A DNA stretch of 64,000 bases from Candidatus Aminicenantales bacterium (GTDB taxonomy: Bacteria > Acidobacteriota > Aminicenantia > Aminicenantales > UBA4085): positions 1 through 64,000 of the forward strand of contig JBEKTZ010000001.1 in assembly GCA_049515535.1 (NCBI GenBank), in the 5' to 3' direction. This document shows positions 9,528 through 20,098 of this stretch, in pieces. The notes beneath the pieces were generated by a model. That model was not told where the DNA came from. It saw nothing but the letters and a program-made list of their open reading frames with translations, and did not search any database. Position 1 is the stretch's first letter. Every line of letters starts with the position of its first letter. Position numbers and translations under genes: made by a program.

Positions 9528-10670
9528 CTAATGATGAGGATATCCGCCGTCGTCGGCCGCCAAAGAAGCCAGGATTTCGACATTTTCCCAGGGAGTATGG
9601 GGGGCGATCGAACAGGCCGTGCTGAGGATGAACCCGCCGCCGGGCATCCCGATTCGAAGGCGGCGCCTGGCGTCATTTTCGATGGTTTCCCGCGTCCCGG
9701 CGAGAAGCGTGTGCACGGGATCGATATTGCCCTTGATGAAGACGTTCCGTCCGACGCGGCGCTTGGCTTCTTCCAACTCGACATTGCCAAGGGGCGGAGG
9801 ATCGAGGCATTCGAGGCCCGAGACGCCGGCCGCGATCATGATCTCCAAGCGGTCGCCGATCGCACCGCAGGTATGGGTATAAGCCGGGACGCCCAATCTC
9901 TGGACGGTTGCGGCGATCCGGCGTTCGCAGGGTAGGACGAACTCCCGGTAATGACGGGGCGAAAGGAATCCGGCTCCCGCGTAGGGCGAAGAGATCTTGA
10001 TCGCGTCGACGCCGAGACGGGCCTGGTCCATGGCGATCTTCGCGACCCCCTCGGCCAGCCTCAGCAGAATATCGCCGGTCTTGGCCGGTTCGTCGGCCAG
10101 GGCCATGAAGCCGGCGCTGAATCCGAACAGATTCAGAAAATAATCGAAGGGCGAGGTCACTTCGCCGTGGATGGAAAAGCCCCGGCCGGCCGCGGCAATT
10201 ATATCGGCAAAAATATCGTAAGGACGGCCGGGATCGATGTTGAATTCCAGGCCCTGGGAAACCGGAATGAAATCCAATCGATCCGGGATCGAAGCCGGAT
10301 CAAAATCCGCGATCGAAGGGAAGCCCTTGGCCTCTGCGGGATAATGAAGAGGGAGATCGTCGGCCGGGAATATCGTCCGGCCCCCGTCCTTCCAATGGAC
10401 GGTCTCGCGGCCTTCCTCGCGGATGACCCTCAGGATGCCCTTCTCCCAATCCGGCGCGTGACCGTGGAGGCTGACCAGGATGCCGTCGAACGCGTACTGC
10501 CGGCGGAGCCGGATCAGGCCCTCGGCGAACATCTCCTTGGAAGACCAAAATTCGAGGGGCGAAAATCCGGTTTGGAGCAGCATATGGCCGATGCTCATTT
10601 GGCACATGACCGGTACCCGGTCGGGAATTTCCCTCCTCATCGCCCTGGCCATTCTTTCTTTGGAGGTCAT
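9528..10670 (-). CDS. Uroporphyrinogen decarboxylase superfamily protein (MtaA/CmuA-like methylcobalamin methyltransferase)
   Basis: MTSKER...PDRVPV start, HTCG, KGNIDP, GFILSTAC.I motifs; start set at ATG 10670. Confidence 0.8.
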   Translation of the reverse strand: MTSKERMARAMRREIPDRVPVMCQMSIGHMLLQTGFSPLEFWSSKEMFAEGLIRLRRQYAFDGILVSLHGHAPDWEKGILRVIREEGRETVHWKDGGRTIFPADDLPLHYPAEAKGFPSIADFDPASIPDRLDFIPVSQGLEFNIDPGRPYDIFADIIAAAGRGFSIHGEVTSPFDYFLNLFGFSAGFMALADEPAKTGDILLRLAEGVAKIAMDQARLGVDAIKISSPYAGAGFLSPRHYREFVLPCERRIAATVQRLGVPAYTHTCGAIGDRLEIMIAAGVSGLECLDPPPLGNVELEEAKRRVGRNVFIKGNIDPVHTLLAGTRETIENDARRRLRIGMPGGGFILSTACSIAPHTPWENVEILASLAADDGGYPHH

Positions 10671-10867
10671 CAGGCCAAAGATATGCCATTCCAATTGCCG
10701 AGTCAACGCGTCGCCCCGAGCATCGATCGGGGCCCATGCCCCCACCCGGGCTGGCCCGGCCCGCAAAATTTCTCTACGAAAGCCATTGACATAAAACCGG
10801 GGAATCTGATATTTTTTGGGCTCGGCCAAGGATTATTTCGGGTTTTATGTTAAGCTGATCGAACAAA

Positions 10868-11515
10868 ATGTACATTCTGATAGGGCTTTTCATCGGGTTT
10901 CTGGCGGCTATCCCGCTGGGGCCGGTCAACGTCTTCGTCATTTCCCAGGTTCTCAAGCGCGATTTCCTCCATGGCTTCATGACGGGCCTCACCGCTGCGG
11001 TCCTGGACACGATTTACTGCCTGATCGCCGTTCTCGGCATTTCCTTGACTCTGCCCGGCGGCCGGGATCTGACCAAGTTCCGTCTGCTCAAAATCTTCGC
11101 CGCGCTCGTGCTCTTGGTTCTCGGCATCCGCATGTACTTGCAATCCAAAACCTACAAAGAGCCGCAACCGCCCAAAAACATGGCCAAGTTTTCGCCGCGG
11201 CCTCTGCTCGGCGTCGTTCTTCTTTATGTCAGCAATCCCACGATCTACGCCTTCTGGCTGTTCATGGCCGGCTCGGTCAGCCATTATGACTGGATGGTTT
11301 ACGGGACGATCACCACGCGCGTCTTTTTCGCCTTGTCCTGCGGCCTCGGCGGCGGCGCCTGGTATTTCATCCTGACCCATTATGTCGCCAAACACCATCA
11401 GCAGTTCCAGCCCAAGACGTTCCAAAAGATCTTCTTCGTCCTGGCCGTCATCCTCATCGCCTTCGCCGCATACACCATCGTTTTGATCTTTTTCCCGTCC
11501 CTGAAATTGCTTTGA
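10868..11515 (+). CDS. LysE-family translocator
   Basis: PLGPVN N-terminal motif, SNP motif, about 6 TM segments. Confidence 0.8.
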   Translation: MYILIGLFIGFLAAIPLGPVNVFVISQVLKRDFLHGFMTGLTAAVLDTIYCLIAVLGISLTLPGGRDLTKFRLLKIFAALVLLVLGIRMYLQSKTYKEPQPPKNMAKFSPRPLLGVVLLYVSNPTIYAFWLFMAGSVSHYDWMVYGTITTRVFFALSCGLGGGAWYFILTHYVAKHHQQFQPKTFQKIFFVLAVILIAFAAYTIVLIFFPSLKLL

Positions 11516-13995
11516 AAAAAATCCATCTCGTCTGCAACGCCCATCTCGATCCGGTCTGGCTGTGGGAATGGCCGGAAGGGGCGGGCGAGGCCTTCTCCAC
11601 GTTCCGGACGGCCGCGGAATTCTGCGAGCACGAGGACGGTTTCATCTTCTGCCACAACGAAGCGCTCCTCTATCAATGGGCCGAGGAATATGAGCCCGCC
11701 CTCTTCAAGCGCATCCAAACGCTGGTCGCCAAGGGAAAATGGAACATCCTTGGAGGGTGGTTTCTCCAGCCGGACGGCAACATGCCGAGCGGCGAATCCT
11801 TCGTCCGTCAGGTCCTTCTAGGAAAAAGATACTTCAAGGAAAAATTCGGAGTCGATGTCAAGACGGGGGCCAACCTCGATCCGTTCGGCCACACCCGGGG
11901 TCTCGTCCAGATTCTGGCCAAAAGCGGATATCATTCCTACCTCTTCTGCCGGCCCGACCGGGCGTTCGCCGCTCTCCCGGCCGACGAATTCGTCTGGGTC
12001 GGGTATGACGGTTCGGAGATCATGGCCGCTCGGGTCCAGGCCCATTATAACTCGCGCGGCGGCGGGGCGCGCGCCAAAGTCGAAGATTGGATGAAAACTC
12101 ATCCCGACAAAGGCCTGAGCGTCCTGCTCTGGGGCATCGGCGATCACGGAGGCGGCGCTTCCAAGCGCGACCTCGCGGACTTGAAAGAACTGATGACCTC
12201 GACGCCGGATTTCGAGATCGTCCATTCGACCGCCGAGGCCTATTTCGAGGAGCTCAGTGAGCGAAAAGACGCTCTGCCGCGTCATGCCGATGACATCAAT
12301 CCCTGGGCCGTCGGCTGCTACACCACCATGGCCCGGGTGAAACAGAGACACCGGCGTCTCGAGAACGAGATTTACGGCGCGGAAAAAATGGCCTCGGCCG
12401 CGGCCTTCCAAGGCCTGATGAAATATCCCGAAACCGAATTGCGCTCCGCGATTCGCGATCTGGCGTTCGCCGAGTTCCACGACATCCTCCCCGGCTCCTC
12501 CATCGAACCCGCCGAGGAGGGGGCCATCCGGCTTCTCGACCACGGGCTCGAGATGGCCTCGCGCGTTAAGTCCGGGGCGTTCTTCGCCCTCGCGGCCGGC
12601 GAAAAGCCTGCGGAAGACGGCGAAATCCCGATCTTCGTCTACAATCCCCATCCCTTCAAAATCGACGGCATCATCTCCTGCGAATTTCAGGACCACGAGC
12701 CCAACTTCGAGGGCGGCTACCTGACGCCGAAGATATTCCGGAAAAGAAGACCTCTGCCCTGCCAACCGGAAAAAGAGTTGAGCAATTTGAGCCTCGAATG
12801 GCGCAAAAAGGTCGTTTTCGCCGCCGAGCTCGAGCCCGGCCGGATGAACCGGTTCTCCTGCCGCTTGGAAAAAAGCGGCGTCAAACCGTCGCCCATCCTG
12901 AAGGAAGCGAACGGCATAATCCATTTCAAAACCCGCGATCTGGAGGTCGACATCAGCGCCGCGACCGGCCTGATCGAACGATGCCGCATCGACGGCGCCG
13001 ATTTTCTGGCCCCCGGCGCGTTCCGGCCTCTGGTCATCGCGGACAACGCCGATCCCTGGGGCATGAGCGTCCGCGCTTTCCGGAGCGTCGTCGGCGCGTT
13101 CACGCTTCTGGATCCCGAGAATGGAACCCGGTTTTCCGGCGTCTCCCAAGGCCTGTTGCCCTCGGTCCGCGTCATCGAAGAAGGAGAGGTCCGGACGATC
13201 GTCGAGGCCGTTCTCGGCTACGGGAATTCATTCATCTGTCTGAGATACAAGCTGCCCAAAAAAGGAACCGAAATCGAGATCGAAGCCAGGCTCCTCTGGA
13301 ACGAAAAGGACAAAATGCTGAAACTGTCCGTTCCGACGCATCTAGGACCCGGCCGCTATCTGGGCCAAACGGCCTACGGCGTCGAAGAGCTCCCCTCGAC
13401 CGGCGATGAAGCCGTTTCGCAGAAATGGGCGGCCGTCGTTTCGAACGAGAAGGCCCTGGCCCTGACGCTCATCAACGACGGCGTCTATGGATCGGATTTC
13501 GCGGACGGAGAAATACGGATTTCGCTCGTCCGCTCTCCGGCCCATTCCGCCGACCCCGCGGGCGAAAGGCCCCTCCTTCATCAGGACCGTTTCATCCCGC
13601 GCATCGACCAGGGCCAGCACGTCTTCCGTTTCTGGATCAACGGGGGTAAGTCCAACGAGCGGCTGGAGGCGGTCGACCGGGAAGCTCTGGTCAAGAACGA
13701 AAAACCCTACGTCCTCCCCTACTTCCCGCCGGGAAACAAAAAAAAGGCCAGACCATGCGCCCTCCTCTCCGATCCCGCGGTCCAAATCGCGGCGCTCAAA
13801 AAAGCCGAACAGGGAAAGGATTTGATCATTCGCCTCTTCGAACCGACAGGCAGGGACAGAACATTCGAACTGACCTTGCCCATGCTCCGGGCAGAGACAA
13901 TGGTCGCCCTTAAAGGATTCGAAATCAAGACGTTGAGATTCGACAAGAAAACGAAGGCATTTTGCGAAGTCGATCTGCTCGAAGAACCGCTTTGA
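11512..13995 (+). CDS. Alpha-mannosidase, glycoside hydrolase family 38
   Basis: HLDPVWLW, SGESFVRQ, DPFGH, FHDILPGSSI motifs; TTG start overlaps the upstream stop. Confidence 0.93.
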   Translation: MKKIHLVCNAHLDPVWLWEWPEGAGEAFSTFRTAAEFCEHEDGFIFCHNEALLYQWAEEYEPALFKRIQTLVAKGKWNILGGWFLQPDGNMPSGESFVRQVLLGKRYFKEKFGVDVKTGANLDPFGHTRGLVQILAKSGYHSYLFCRPDRAFAALPADEFVWVGYDGSEIMAARVQAHYNSRGGGARAKVEDWMKTHPDKGLSVLLWGIGDHGGGASKRDLADLKELMTSTPDFEIVHSTAEAYFEELSERKDALPRHADDINPWAVGCYTTMARVKQRHRRLENEIYGAEKMASAAAFQGLMKYPETELRSAIRDLAFAEFHDILPGSSIEPAEEGAIRLLDHGLEMASRVKSGAFFALAAGEKPAEDGEIPIFVYNPHPFKIDGIISCEFQDHEPNFEGGYLTPKIFRKRRPLPCQPEKELSNLSLEWRKKVVFAAELEPGRMNRFSCRLEKSGVKPSPILKEANGIIHFKTRDLEVDISAATGLIERCRIDGADFLAPGAFRPLVIADNADPWGMSVRAFRSVVGAFTLLDPENGTRFSGVSQGLLPSVRVIEEGEVRTIVEAVLGYGNSFICLRYKLPKKGTEIEIEARLLWNEKDKMLKLSVPTHLGPGRYLGQTAYGVEELPSTGDEAVSQKWAAVVSNEKALALTLINDGVYGSDFADGEIRISLVRSPAHSADPAGERPLLHQDRFIPRIDQGQHVFRFWINGGKSNERLEAVDREALVKNEKPYVLPYFPPGNKKKARPCALLSDPAVQIAALKKAEQGKDLIIRLFEPTGRDRTFELTLPMLRAETMVALKGFEIKTLRFDKKTKAFCEVDLLEEPL

Positions 13996-13996
13996 G

Positions 13997-15217
13997 ATGA
14001 GAGCCGCGGACCCCGTATCCCTCGTCCTGTGCGGCAGCGGCGGCATGGGCGCGGTTTATCTCCAGGAGTTGTTCGAGAGAACGGACAGCGGCCTGTTCCG
14101 GATCGAAGGAGTCGTGGATCCGTTCCCCGAGCGAAGTCCCCATCTCGGCCGTCTTCAAGCGCAAAAAATTCCCATCTATGCCGACCTGGGAACTTTTTAC
14201 GGGCGCCATTCGGCCGAACTCGCGATCGTCTCCTCCCCCATCCAGTATCATTGCCAACAAACCTGCCTCGCTCTCGAAAACGGGAGCCACGTCCTCTGCG
14301 AAAAACCGGTCGCGGCCACGATTCAAGAGGGAAGGCGGATGGCCGAAGCCCGGGCCAGGGCGGGGCGATGGGTCGCGATCGGCTATCAATGGTCGTTCAG
14401 CGCGGCCATTCAGGACCTCAAAACCGATATTTTGAGCGGCCTATTCGGAAAACCGCGGCGCATGAAATGCCTCTATCTCTGGCCGCGCGATCTGGCCTAT
14501 TACGGGCGCAATGACTGGGCCGGAAAAAAGCGCGATCGTTCCGGAGCCTGGATCCTGGACAGCCCCGCGAACAACGCCATGGCTCACGATCTCCACAATA
14601 TCTTTTATGTTTTAGGCCGCGACAGAGACAGCGGAGCGGTTCCCGTCGAAGTCGAAGCCGAGCTCTATCGCGCATATGACCTCGAAAATTTCGACACGGC
14701 GGCGGTCCGCTGCCGGACGGACGGGGGCGTGGAAATCCTTTTTTTCGTCAGCCACGTCTCCGCTGCGGATAAGGGGCCGGTGTTTCTTTTTGACTTCGAA
14801 AAAGGGACGGTCGCCGGCGAAGGCCGGAATACGGATATCCGAGCCCGCTTCACGGACGGAACGGTCAAAAATTACGGCTGCCCGGACCGCGAGCCCATGA
14901 AAAAAATCCGGGACTGCCTGGAATCCGCGCGGACCGGCGTTCCTCCGGTCTGCGGGCTCGAGGCCGCCCTGAGCCAGACCCTGTGCCTCAACGGCATGCA
15001 GGATTCCATGCCCGATATCGCCGCCTTCCCGGAACATCTTCTGCGCCGGGAGACGGCTCCAGACCGGAGAAGGATATGGGTCGCGGGGCTGGACGAGGTA
15101 TTCGAGCGCTGCTACAAAACGCGCCGGCTGCCCTCGGAACTCGACGTTCCGTGGAGCCGCCCGGGCGCCAAGATCGATTTGACGCGCTATGAGAGCTTCC
15201 CCTCCGCCCGCGCTTAA
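13997..15217 (+). CDS. Gfo/Idh/MocA-family oxidoreductase
   Basis: GSGGMG Rossmann motif, HVLCEKP. Confidence 0.9.
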   Translation: MRAADPVSLVLCGSGGMGAVYLQELFERTDSGLFRIEGVVDPFPERSPHLGRLQAQKIPIYADLGTFYGRHSAELAIVSSPIQYHCQQTCLALENGSHVLCEKPVAATIQEGRRMAEARARAGRWVAIGYQWSFSAAIQDLKTDILSGLFGKPRRMKCLYLWPRDLAYYGRNDWAGKKRDRSGAWILDSPANNAMAHDLHNIFYVLGRDRDSGAVPVEVEAELYRAYDLENFDTAAVRCRTDGGVEILFFVSHVSAADKGPVFLFDFEKGTVAGEGRNTDIRARFTDGTVKNYGCPDREPMKKIRDCLESARTGVPPVCGLEAALSQTLCLNGMQDSMPDIAAFPEHLLRRETAPDRRRIWVAGLDEVFERCYKTRRLPSELDVPWSRPGAKIDLTRYESFPSARA

Positions 15218-15221
15218 GAGC

Positions 15222-16499
15222 ATGCAGGTCATCATCGAGAAGATCGTCTATCCCGGCCGGCGGATGGCCTCGCGGGAAGGGAAAGTGATCTTCACGGACG
15301 AAGGGCTTCCCGGCGAGCTCGTCGAAGTCGAAACGGTCCGGGAAAAAAAGAACTTCATCGAGGCCCGGACCGTGAGGATCATCCGGGAATCCGGCCGCCG
15401 GGTCGAAGCGCGATGCGGGCATTTTCTCGCTTGCTCCTCCTATCAGTCCATGGCTTATGCCGATCAAATCGAGCTCAAGAAAAGCCAGCTTGGCGAGATC
15501 TTGGGCGGCGTCATAGACCTCGGGAAAAGCGGCATCGAACTCGTCCCCTCGCCGGACATCTGGCACTATCGGAATAAAGTCCGATATCACATCATTTGGC
15601 CGGCCGGAAGAGCCCGCCTGGCCTACAGCGTCCCGGGCTCCCGGAACGCCTTCGTCGAGGTCGACGAGTGCTATCTCGTCACGGGCGCCGTCAGCGAGAT
15701 CATGAAGTCCCTTTTGAAGATCATCGACGAGAACAAGCTCGGGTCGCTTCAAGAAGTCGAAGCCAAAGAGAGCCGCGCGAGCGGGGAGCTTCTTTTGAAC
15801 CTTCATTGGTCCTCCCCGTCCGAGCCGAAGATCCTGGATCCGATTCTTTCGGGATTGCTAACCCGGTTTCCTCTGGCCGGAATCGTCTCGTTCACGAGAA
15901 AAGGAAAGGCCTATCACGAGACTTTGGAATGGGGACGGAATTTCATCGAAGAGAAGATCGGCGAAACAGCGTTCGAAGTGGGAGCGCGGTCCTTTTTCCA
16001 GATCAATGTCGGGATCATGGACCGGGTCCTCCGAGACATGAAAGACTTGGCCCGGTTCAAGGGGACGGAACGCCTCGCGGACCTTTTCTGCGGACTCGGG
16101 ACATTCGGACTCGCCCTGGCCCGGGAGGTCAAAGAAGTCTGGGGCGTCGAATCCGATCCGGCCAACATTCTATTCCTGAAGAAAAATATCGAGCGCAACG
16201 GCGCGGCAAACTTCAAGATTTTCGAAGGGACGAGCGAAGAATGGGCTCCGATGATTTTCGAAAAAAAATTGGAGACCGTCATTTTCGATCCTCCGCGCAA
16301 GGGGCTGGGACCGGAGATCGTCCAAGCGCTGCTCGATCATCCGACGGAGACGATGATCTATCTTTCCTGCAATCCGACAACCCAGGCGCGCGACCTCAAA
16401 GACCTGGGGCCGGCTTATGAAATCAAGGCCTTTCGCGCCTATGATTTCTTTCCCCAAACGCCGCACATCGAGACCCTGGCCGTATTGAGCCGTCGCTGA
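15222..16499 (+). CDS. rlmD: 23S rRNA (uracil-C5)-methyltransferase RlmD/RumA family
   Basis: TRAM-like N-terminus, YRNK, SFFQIN, DLFCGLG, DPPRKG, YLSCNP, DFFPQTPHIE. Confidence 0.88.
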   Translation: MQVIIEKIVYPGRRMASREGKVIFTDEGLPGELVEVETVREKKNFIEARTVRIIRESGRRVEARCGHFLACSSYQSMAYADQIELKKSQLGEILGGVIDLGKSGIELVPSPDIWHYRNKVRYHIIWPAGRARLAYSVPGSRNAFVEVDECYLVTGAVSEIMKSLLKIIDENKLGSLQEVEAKESRASGELLLNLHWSSPSEPKILDPILSGLLTRFPLAGIVSFTRKGKAYHETLEWGRNFIEEKIGETAFEVGARSFFQINVGIMDRVLRDMKDLARFKGTERLADLFCGLGTFGLALAREVKEVWGVESDPANILFLKKNIERNGAANFKIFEGTSEEWAPMIFEKKLETVIFDPPRKGLGPEIVQALLDHPTETMIYLSCNPTTQARDLKDLGPAYEIKAFRAYDFFPQTPHIETLAVLSRR

Positions 16500-16554
16500 G
16501 CAGTGAATTTAGTAAGAGTTTCACCCGCATTCAAACTCGCTGCTCCCCTCCCTC

Positions 16555-16714
16555 AACTATCAATACCGCCGAAGATTCGTTGTTCTATGCTCATTGGAAG
16601 GGAGGCAGGGAGCACAGCGATTGCGGCACTTAAACTCACTTCCCCTCGAACTATCAATACCGCAAAAGATTCGTTGTTCTATGCTCATTGGAAGGGAGGC
16701 AGGGAGCGAAGCGA
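16555..16714 (+). repeat. Direct duplication (about 66 bp, 94-bp period)
   Basis: AACTATCAATACCGC..AAGATTCGTTGTTCTATGCTCATTGGAAGGGAGGCAGGGAGC..AGCGA at 16555 and 16649. Confidence 0.9.
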
Positions 16715-16854
16715 CCGTTGGAGGGAAAACCTACCGAAGGGGGTTTCCCTCCAAGAGTTTCCCGTTGGAGGGAAAACCTTCGAAGGGGGTTTCCCTCCAA
16801 GAGTTTCCCGGTGGAGGGAAAACCTACCGAAGGGGGTTTCCCTCCAAGAGTTTC
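16715..16854 (+). repeat. Three tandem 46-47 bp hairpin units, related to the terminal hairpin of the dispersed repeat
   Basis: CCG(T/G)TGGAGGGAAAACCT(AC/T)CGAAGGGGGTTTCCCTCCAAGAGTTTC at 16715, 16762 and 16808; no unique spacers. Confidence 0.92.
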
Positions 16855-17861
16855 CCTGCCAACTGCCCGCAGGCCGCTTGGATATCCCGCCCTTTCGACC
16901 GTCGTAAAGTGACCGGGACGTTTTTTTCTTCGAGCATCCTCGTGAAATCGCCGATCCGTCGCTCCTCGGGAGTCTCAAAGGGCAACCCGATCACCGGACT
17001 ATAGGGGATGAGATTGATTTTCGCTTTCAGCCGCTTGGCGATACGGGCCAGGCCGGCGGCATCCGCCGGCGCATCGTTGACTCCTTTGAGGAGGACATAT
17101 TCGAGCGTGATTTTGCGGCCTCCGTCTTTCCCATAAGCCTCGCAGGCCGCGATGACCTTTTCAAGGGGATATTTCATGTTCGCCGGCATCAGCGCGGTCC
17201 TTTTGGCGTCGCCCGCCGCGTGCAGCGAAATCGACAGGTTGACCTGAAGATCCATTTGCATAAAACGCTCGAGGCCGGGGATGACGCCGACGGACGAAAT
17301 CGTCATCCGCCGAGCGGCGATTCCGAGCCCGTCCGCGGAATTGAGGATTAGGATCGCCTTGGCCAGGTTCTCGAAATTGTCGAGCGGCTCGCCCATTCCC
17401 ATGAAAACGATATTCGTCAGGGCGACATCCAGCCGGTTCCTGAGAAAGAGGACCTGACCGACGATTTCGGACGGCGTCAGATTCCGCGTGAATCCGTTGA
17501 GGCCGCTGGCGCAGAAGGCGCATCCGAACTTGCAGCCGACCTGGGTCGAAAGGCAGACGGTCGCCCGGCCGCCCGCCGGGATGAGCACGGTCTCGATACC
17601 CCGCCCGTCCTGAAGGCGAAAGAGGTATTTCACGGCGCGGTCTTTGGACCGGAAAACGCCCTGAAGTTCGAGCCGGCCGAGGGCGAACATCCGCTTGAGT
17701 TTTTCCCGGAGGGCATGGCCGAGGTTCGTCATGTCCTCGAACCGGAGCGCGCCTTTCTTGTAAAGCCAATCGAAAATCTGCTCCGCCCGGTAAGCCGGTT
17801 CGCCGGCTCCTTTGAGCTCCGCCTTGAGTTCGTCGAGGGTGAGGTTTTTTATATCGATCAT
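16824..17861 (-). CDS. rlmN: Dual-specificity RNA methyltransferase RlmN (radical SAM)
   Basis: STQVGCKFGCAFC, FMGMGEP, ISLHA, IQAACGQL. The start ATG at 17861 is coupled (TAATG) to the upstream symporter. Confidence 0.95.
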   Translation of the reverse strand: MIDIKNLTLDELKAELKGAGEPAYRAEQIFDWLYKKGALRFEDMTNLGHALREKLKRMFALGRLELQGVFRSKDRAVKYLFRLQDGRGIETVLIPAGGRATVCLSTQVGCKFGCAFCASGLNGFTRNLTPSEIVGQVLFLRNRLDVALTNIVFMGMGEPLDNFENLAKAILILNSADGLGIAARRMTISSVGVIPGLERFMQMDLQVNLSISLHAAGDAKRTALMPANMKYPLEKVIAACEAYGKDGGRKITLEYVLLKGVNDAPADAAGLARIAKRLKAKINLIPYSPVIGLPFETPEERRIGDFTRMLEEKNVPVTLRRSKGRDIQAACGQLAGKLLEGNPLR

Positions 17862-19966
17862 TATCGGATCGAAATCATGATCCACAGGAGCAGGATGATG
17901 GCGCCGACGAGCAGCCAGCTCCCGCCGAATCCGATGATGTCCCACTTCCCCGGTTTCATGATCTCCCAGGCCGAGCGCGGCCAGATCTTTCTCGTCTTGA
18001 ATTTGTCCGGATGATCGTAAGCTTCTTGGACGGCCTTCGCGTCCTCTTCGGGCGTCGGCTGGACGAACGTGTGGATCCGGCCGAAGAAGCGGTCCAGGTC
18101 GGGCTTCGGAGCCGGTTTCGTCACCCAGCTGATCAGGAACAACAGGACGAAGGGAAAAAGCGCGTCGAAGAAAAAGCGGACGGCGCTCAGTTGGGCTTTC
18201 GTAAAATTCGTGAAATCGATGCCGAACCAGCTCAGGACCCAGACCTCGGCATTGAAGCGGCCGAGGCCCGTCTTCGGAGAGCGGGGATCGTCGGCGTTGA
18301 TGCGGACGACCTTCTCGAAGAAAACGGCGGCGGGCTCGATGACGTGTGGTTTTTCGATCTTCAGGCCGAGCCGCTCGGCCCTTCCCGCTTCGACGTCTTC
18401 CTTGAGGGCTTCGGTGGCGATCAAGACCGTTTTGGGTTTCGTTTCTTGAAGAAAGGCCGGGTTTGTCCTGGCCCAATTCCATGTCTGAAAAACGTTGGGG
18501 ATGACCGCGTAGATCGTGAAGCAGACGAAGATCTGGATGATGACGGCCCATTTCGTCAGCCGGCGCCAGAGGAAGCCCAGCCAGATCGAAGCGCCGAACA
18601 CGGCCGGCAAAGAAATGAAATACTGGAACAGGTAGAGGAGATTTCCGACGAAAAGCGCCGCGCCGACCCCGCCGAGCAGGGTGACCGCGACGACGATCTT
18701 CCCGATCGCGAGATAATGTCGTTCCGATTTATCCGGCGCAAGGGGCTGATAGATGTTCCGGATGAAGAGGGCGGAATAAGTCACGGACGAGGCCCCCAGG
18801 CTGGACATGCTGGCCGCAAGGACGCCGGCCAGCATGAGGCCGATCCCCCCTGTGAAGAGCAATTCCCGGGTCATCAGGCCCCAAATAAGGTCGGGATCGT
18901 GAAGTTGGCCGGCGAAAAGGCCGACGGCCAGCAGGCCGGCCAAGGCCCAGAAGATCATCAGGAGCCTTTTCATGTACATCCCCATGATCATGCCGAAGCG
19001 GGCCGTCATTTCGTTCTTGGCCGAGCCCGCGGTCTGCATCATGGGCGCGGAGGCGATGATCGAGACCAGGTTGGCGAGGACCATGGCCAGGATCGTGTAC
19101 CAGGCGTATTCCGACGTGGTCACCGACCCGAACAGCTTGAACATGTAGTCCGGGACGTGGGCGTGGAGACCGGCGAATCCGCCCATTTTAGCCAGCCCCA
19201 GAGGGATGAGCATCACCGAGAAGACGATGATCAGGAACCCTTGGACGACGTCGGTCAGCGTCGCCGCAAAGAATCCCCCCATCATCGTGTAGATGCTGAC
19301 GATGACGGCGAAAACGATATAGACGGCCAGAGGGTTCGTATAGGAGATGAAAGACTGGAGCTTGCCTTTTTTATTCAGGTCGTTCAATTCGTCGTAGCGG
19401 ATTTTTTGCTCGGAGGCAAGCCCCGCATCCAGATTCTTCTTCAGGTCCTGGTATTCCCGGAACATCTCCACGCTCCGGCGCTCCGGGGACGTGTAGCTTT
19501 CGGCGGGTTTGGGCGTCAGGGCCTGGACGGTCTTGCCCGCGATCATGTAGCCCGCGCCCCCGCCGATAAAAGCCATGACCAGAGTGAACACCGCGAACGA
19601 GGCGCCGAGGAACCGGCTTTTAAAACGCTCGGTGAAAAAATCCCCGAGGGTGATGAGCCGCGAACGGCGCATGAAAGCCGTCGTGAACCAGTAAAAAGGC
19701 GTGAGGAACAGGACGAGATACTGGATCCACATGCCGCCGATGCCCTGGCGATAGATTTCGCGCGAGACGGCGACGGCCTGGTCGGCGTGCGTCGAGCAGC
19801 CGAGGTTGAGGAAGAATTGATAAAATTTGCCCAGGCGCCGGCCGGCCATGTAGAAGTCCCCTTGGTTTTTTGTCCGCCGCGAGGCCCAGAAACCGAGCCC
19901 GAGCATCACGATGAAATAGAGACAGACGATGCCGAGATCCACCCAGTGGAGCCCAAAGATCCGCAT
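17861..19966 (-). CDS. Sodium:solute symporter family protein
   Basis: DFYMAGRRLG, TDVVQG, LAASMSS motifs; many TM segments. Confidence 0.88.
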   Translation of the reverse strand: MRIFGLHWVDLGIVCLYFIVMLGLGFWASRRTKNQGDFYMAGRRLGKFYQFFLNLGCSTHADQAVAVSREIYRQGIGGMWIQYLVLFLTPFYWFTTAFMRRSRLITLGDFFTERFKSRFLGASFAVFTLVMAFIGGGAGYMIAGKTVQALTPKPAESYTSPERRSVEMFREYQDLKKNLDAGLASEQKIRYDELNDLNKKGKLQSFISYTNPLAVYIVFAVIVSIYTMMGGFFAATLTDVVQGFLIIVFSVMLIPLGLAKMGGFAGLHAHVPDYMFKLFGSVTTSEYAWYTILAMVLANLVSIIASAPMMQTAGSAKNEMTARFGMIMGMYMKRLLMIFWALAGLLAVGLFAGQLHDPDLIWGLMTRELLFTGGIGLMLAGVLAASMSSLGASSVTYSALFIRNIYQPLAPDKSERHYLAIGKIVVAVTLLGGVGAALFVGNLLYLFQYFISLPAVFGASIWLGFLWRRLTKWAVIIQIFVCFTIYAVIPNVFQTWNWARTNPAFLQETKPKTVLIATEALKEDVEAGRAERLGLKIEKPHVIEPAAVFFEKVVRINADDPRSPKTGLGRFNAEVWVLSWFGIDFTNFTKAQLSAVRFFFDALFPFVLLFLISWVTKPAPKPDLDRFFGRIHTFVQPTPEEDAKAVQEAYDHPDKFKTRKIWPRSAWEIMKPGKWDIIGFGGSWLLVGAIILLLWIMISIR

Positions 19967-20098
19967 CCGCCCATTAAACACAAACCGCGCCGCAAAGTCA
20001 AAAAGGGCGCGGTCGCTTGTCCGCCCCCTCTCCCTCGACCCAGGTCAGAGAGACCATTTGACCGGTCTATCCGTATCTGTTATAAGAAATCCTTTCCT

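Noticed and set aside
16715..16854. Possible CRISPR array
   Set aside because: Units are directly tandem with no unique spacers, and there is no cas operon nearby.
17862..18551. N-terminal extension of RlmN in the ORF track
   Set aside because: It is an alternative frame of the symporter gene; the real start is the coupled ATG at 17861.
18011..20098. 1001-aa ORF on the plus strand
   Set aside because: The 5' two-thirds is the antisense shadow of the symporter; only 20099-21016 is an EamA gene.
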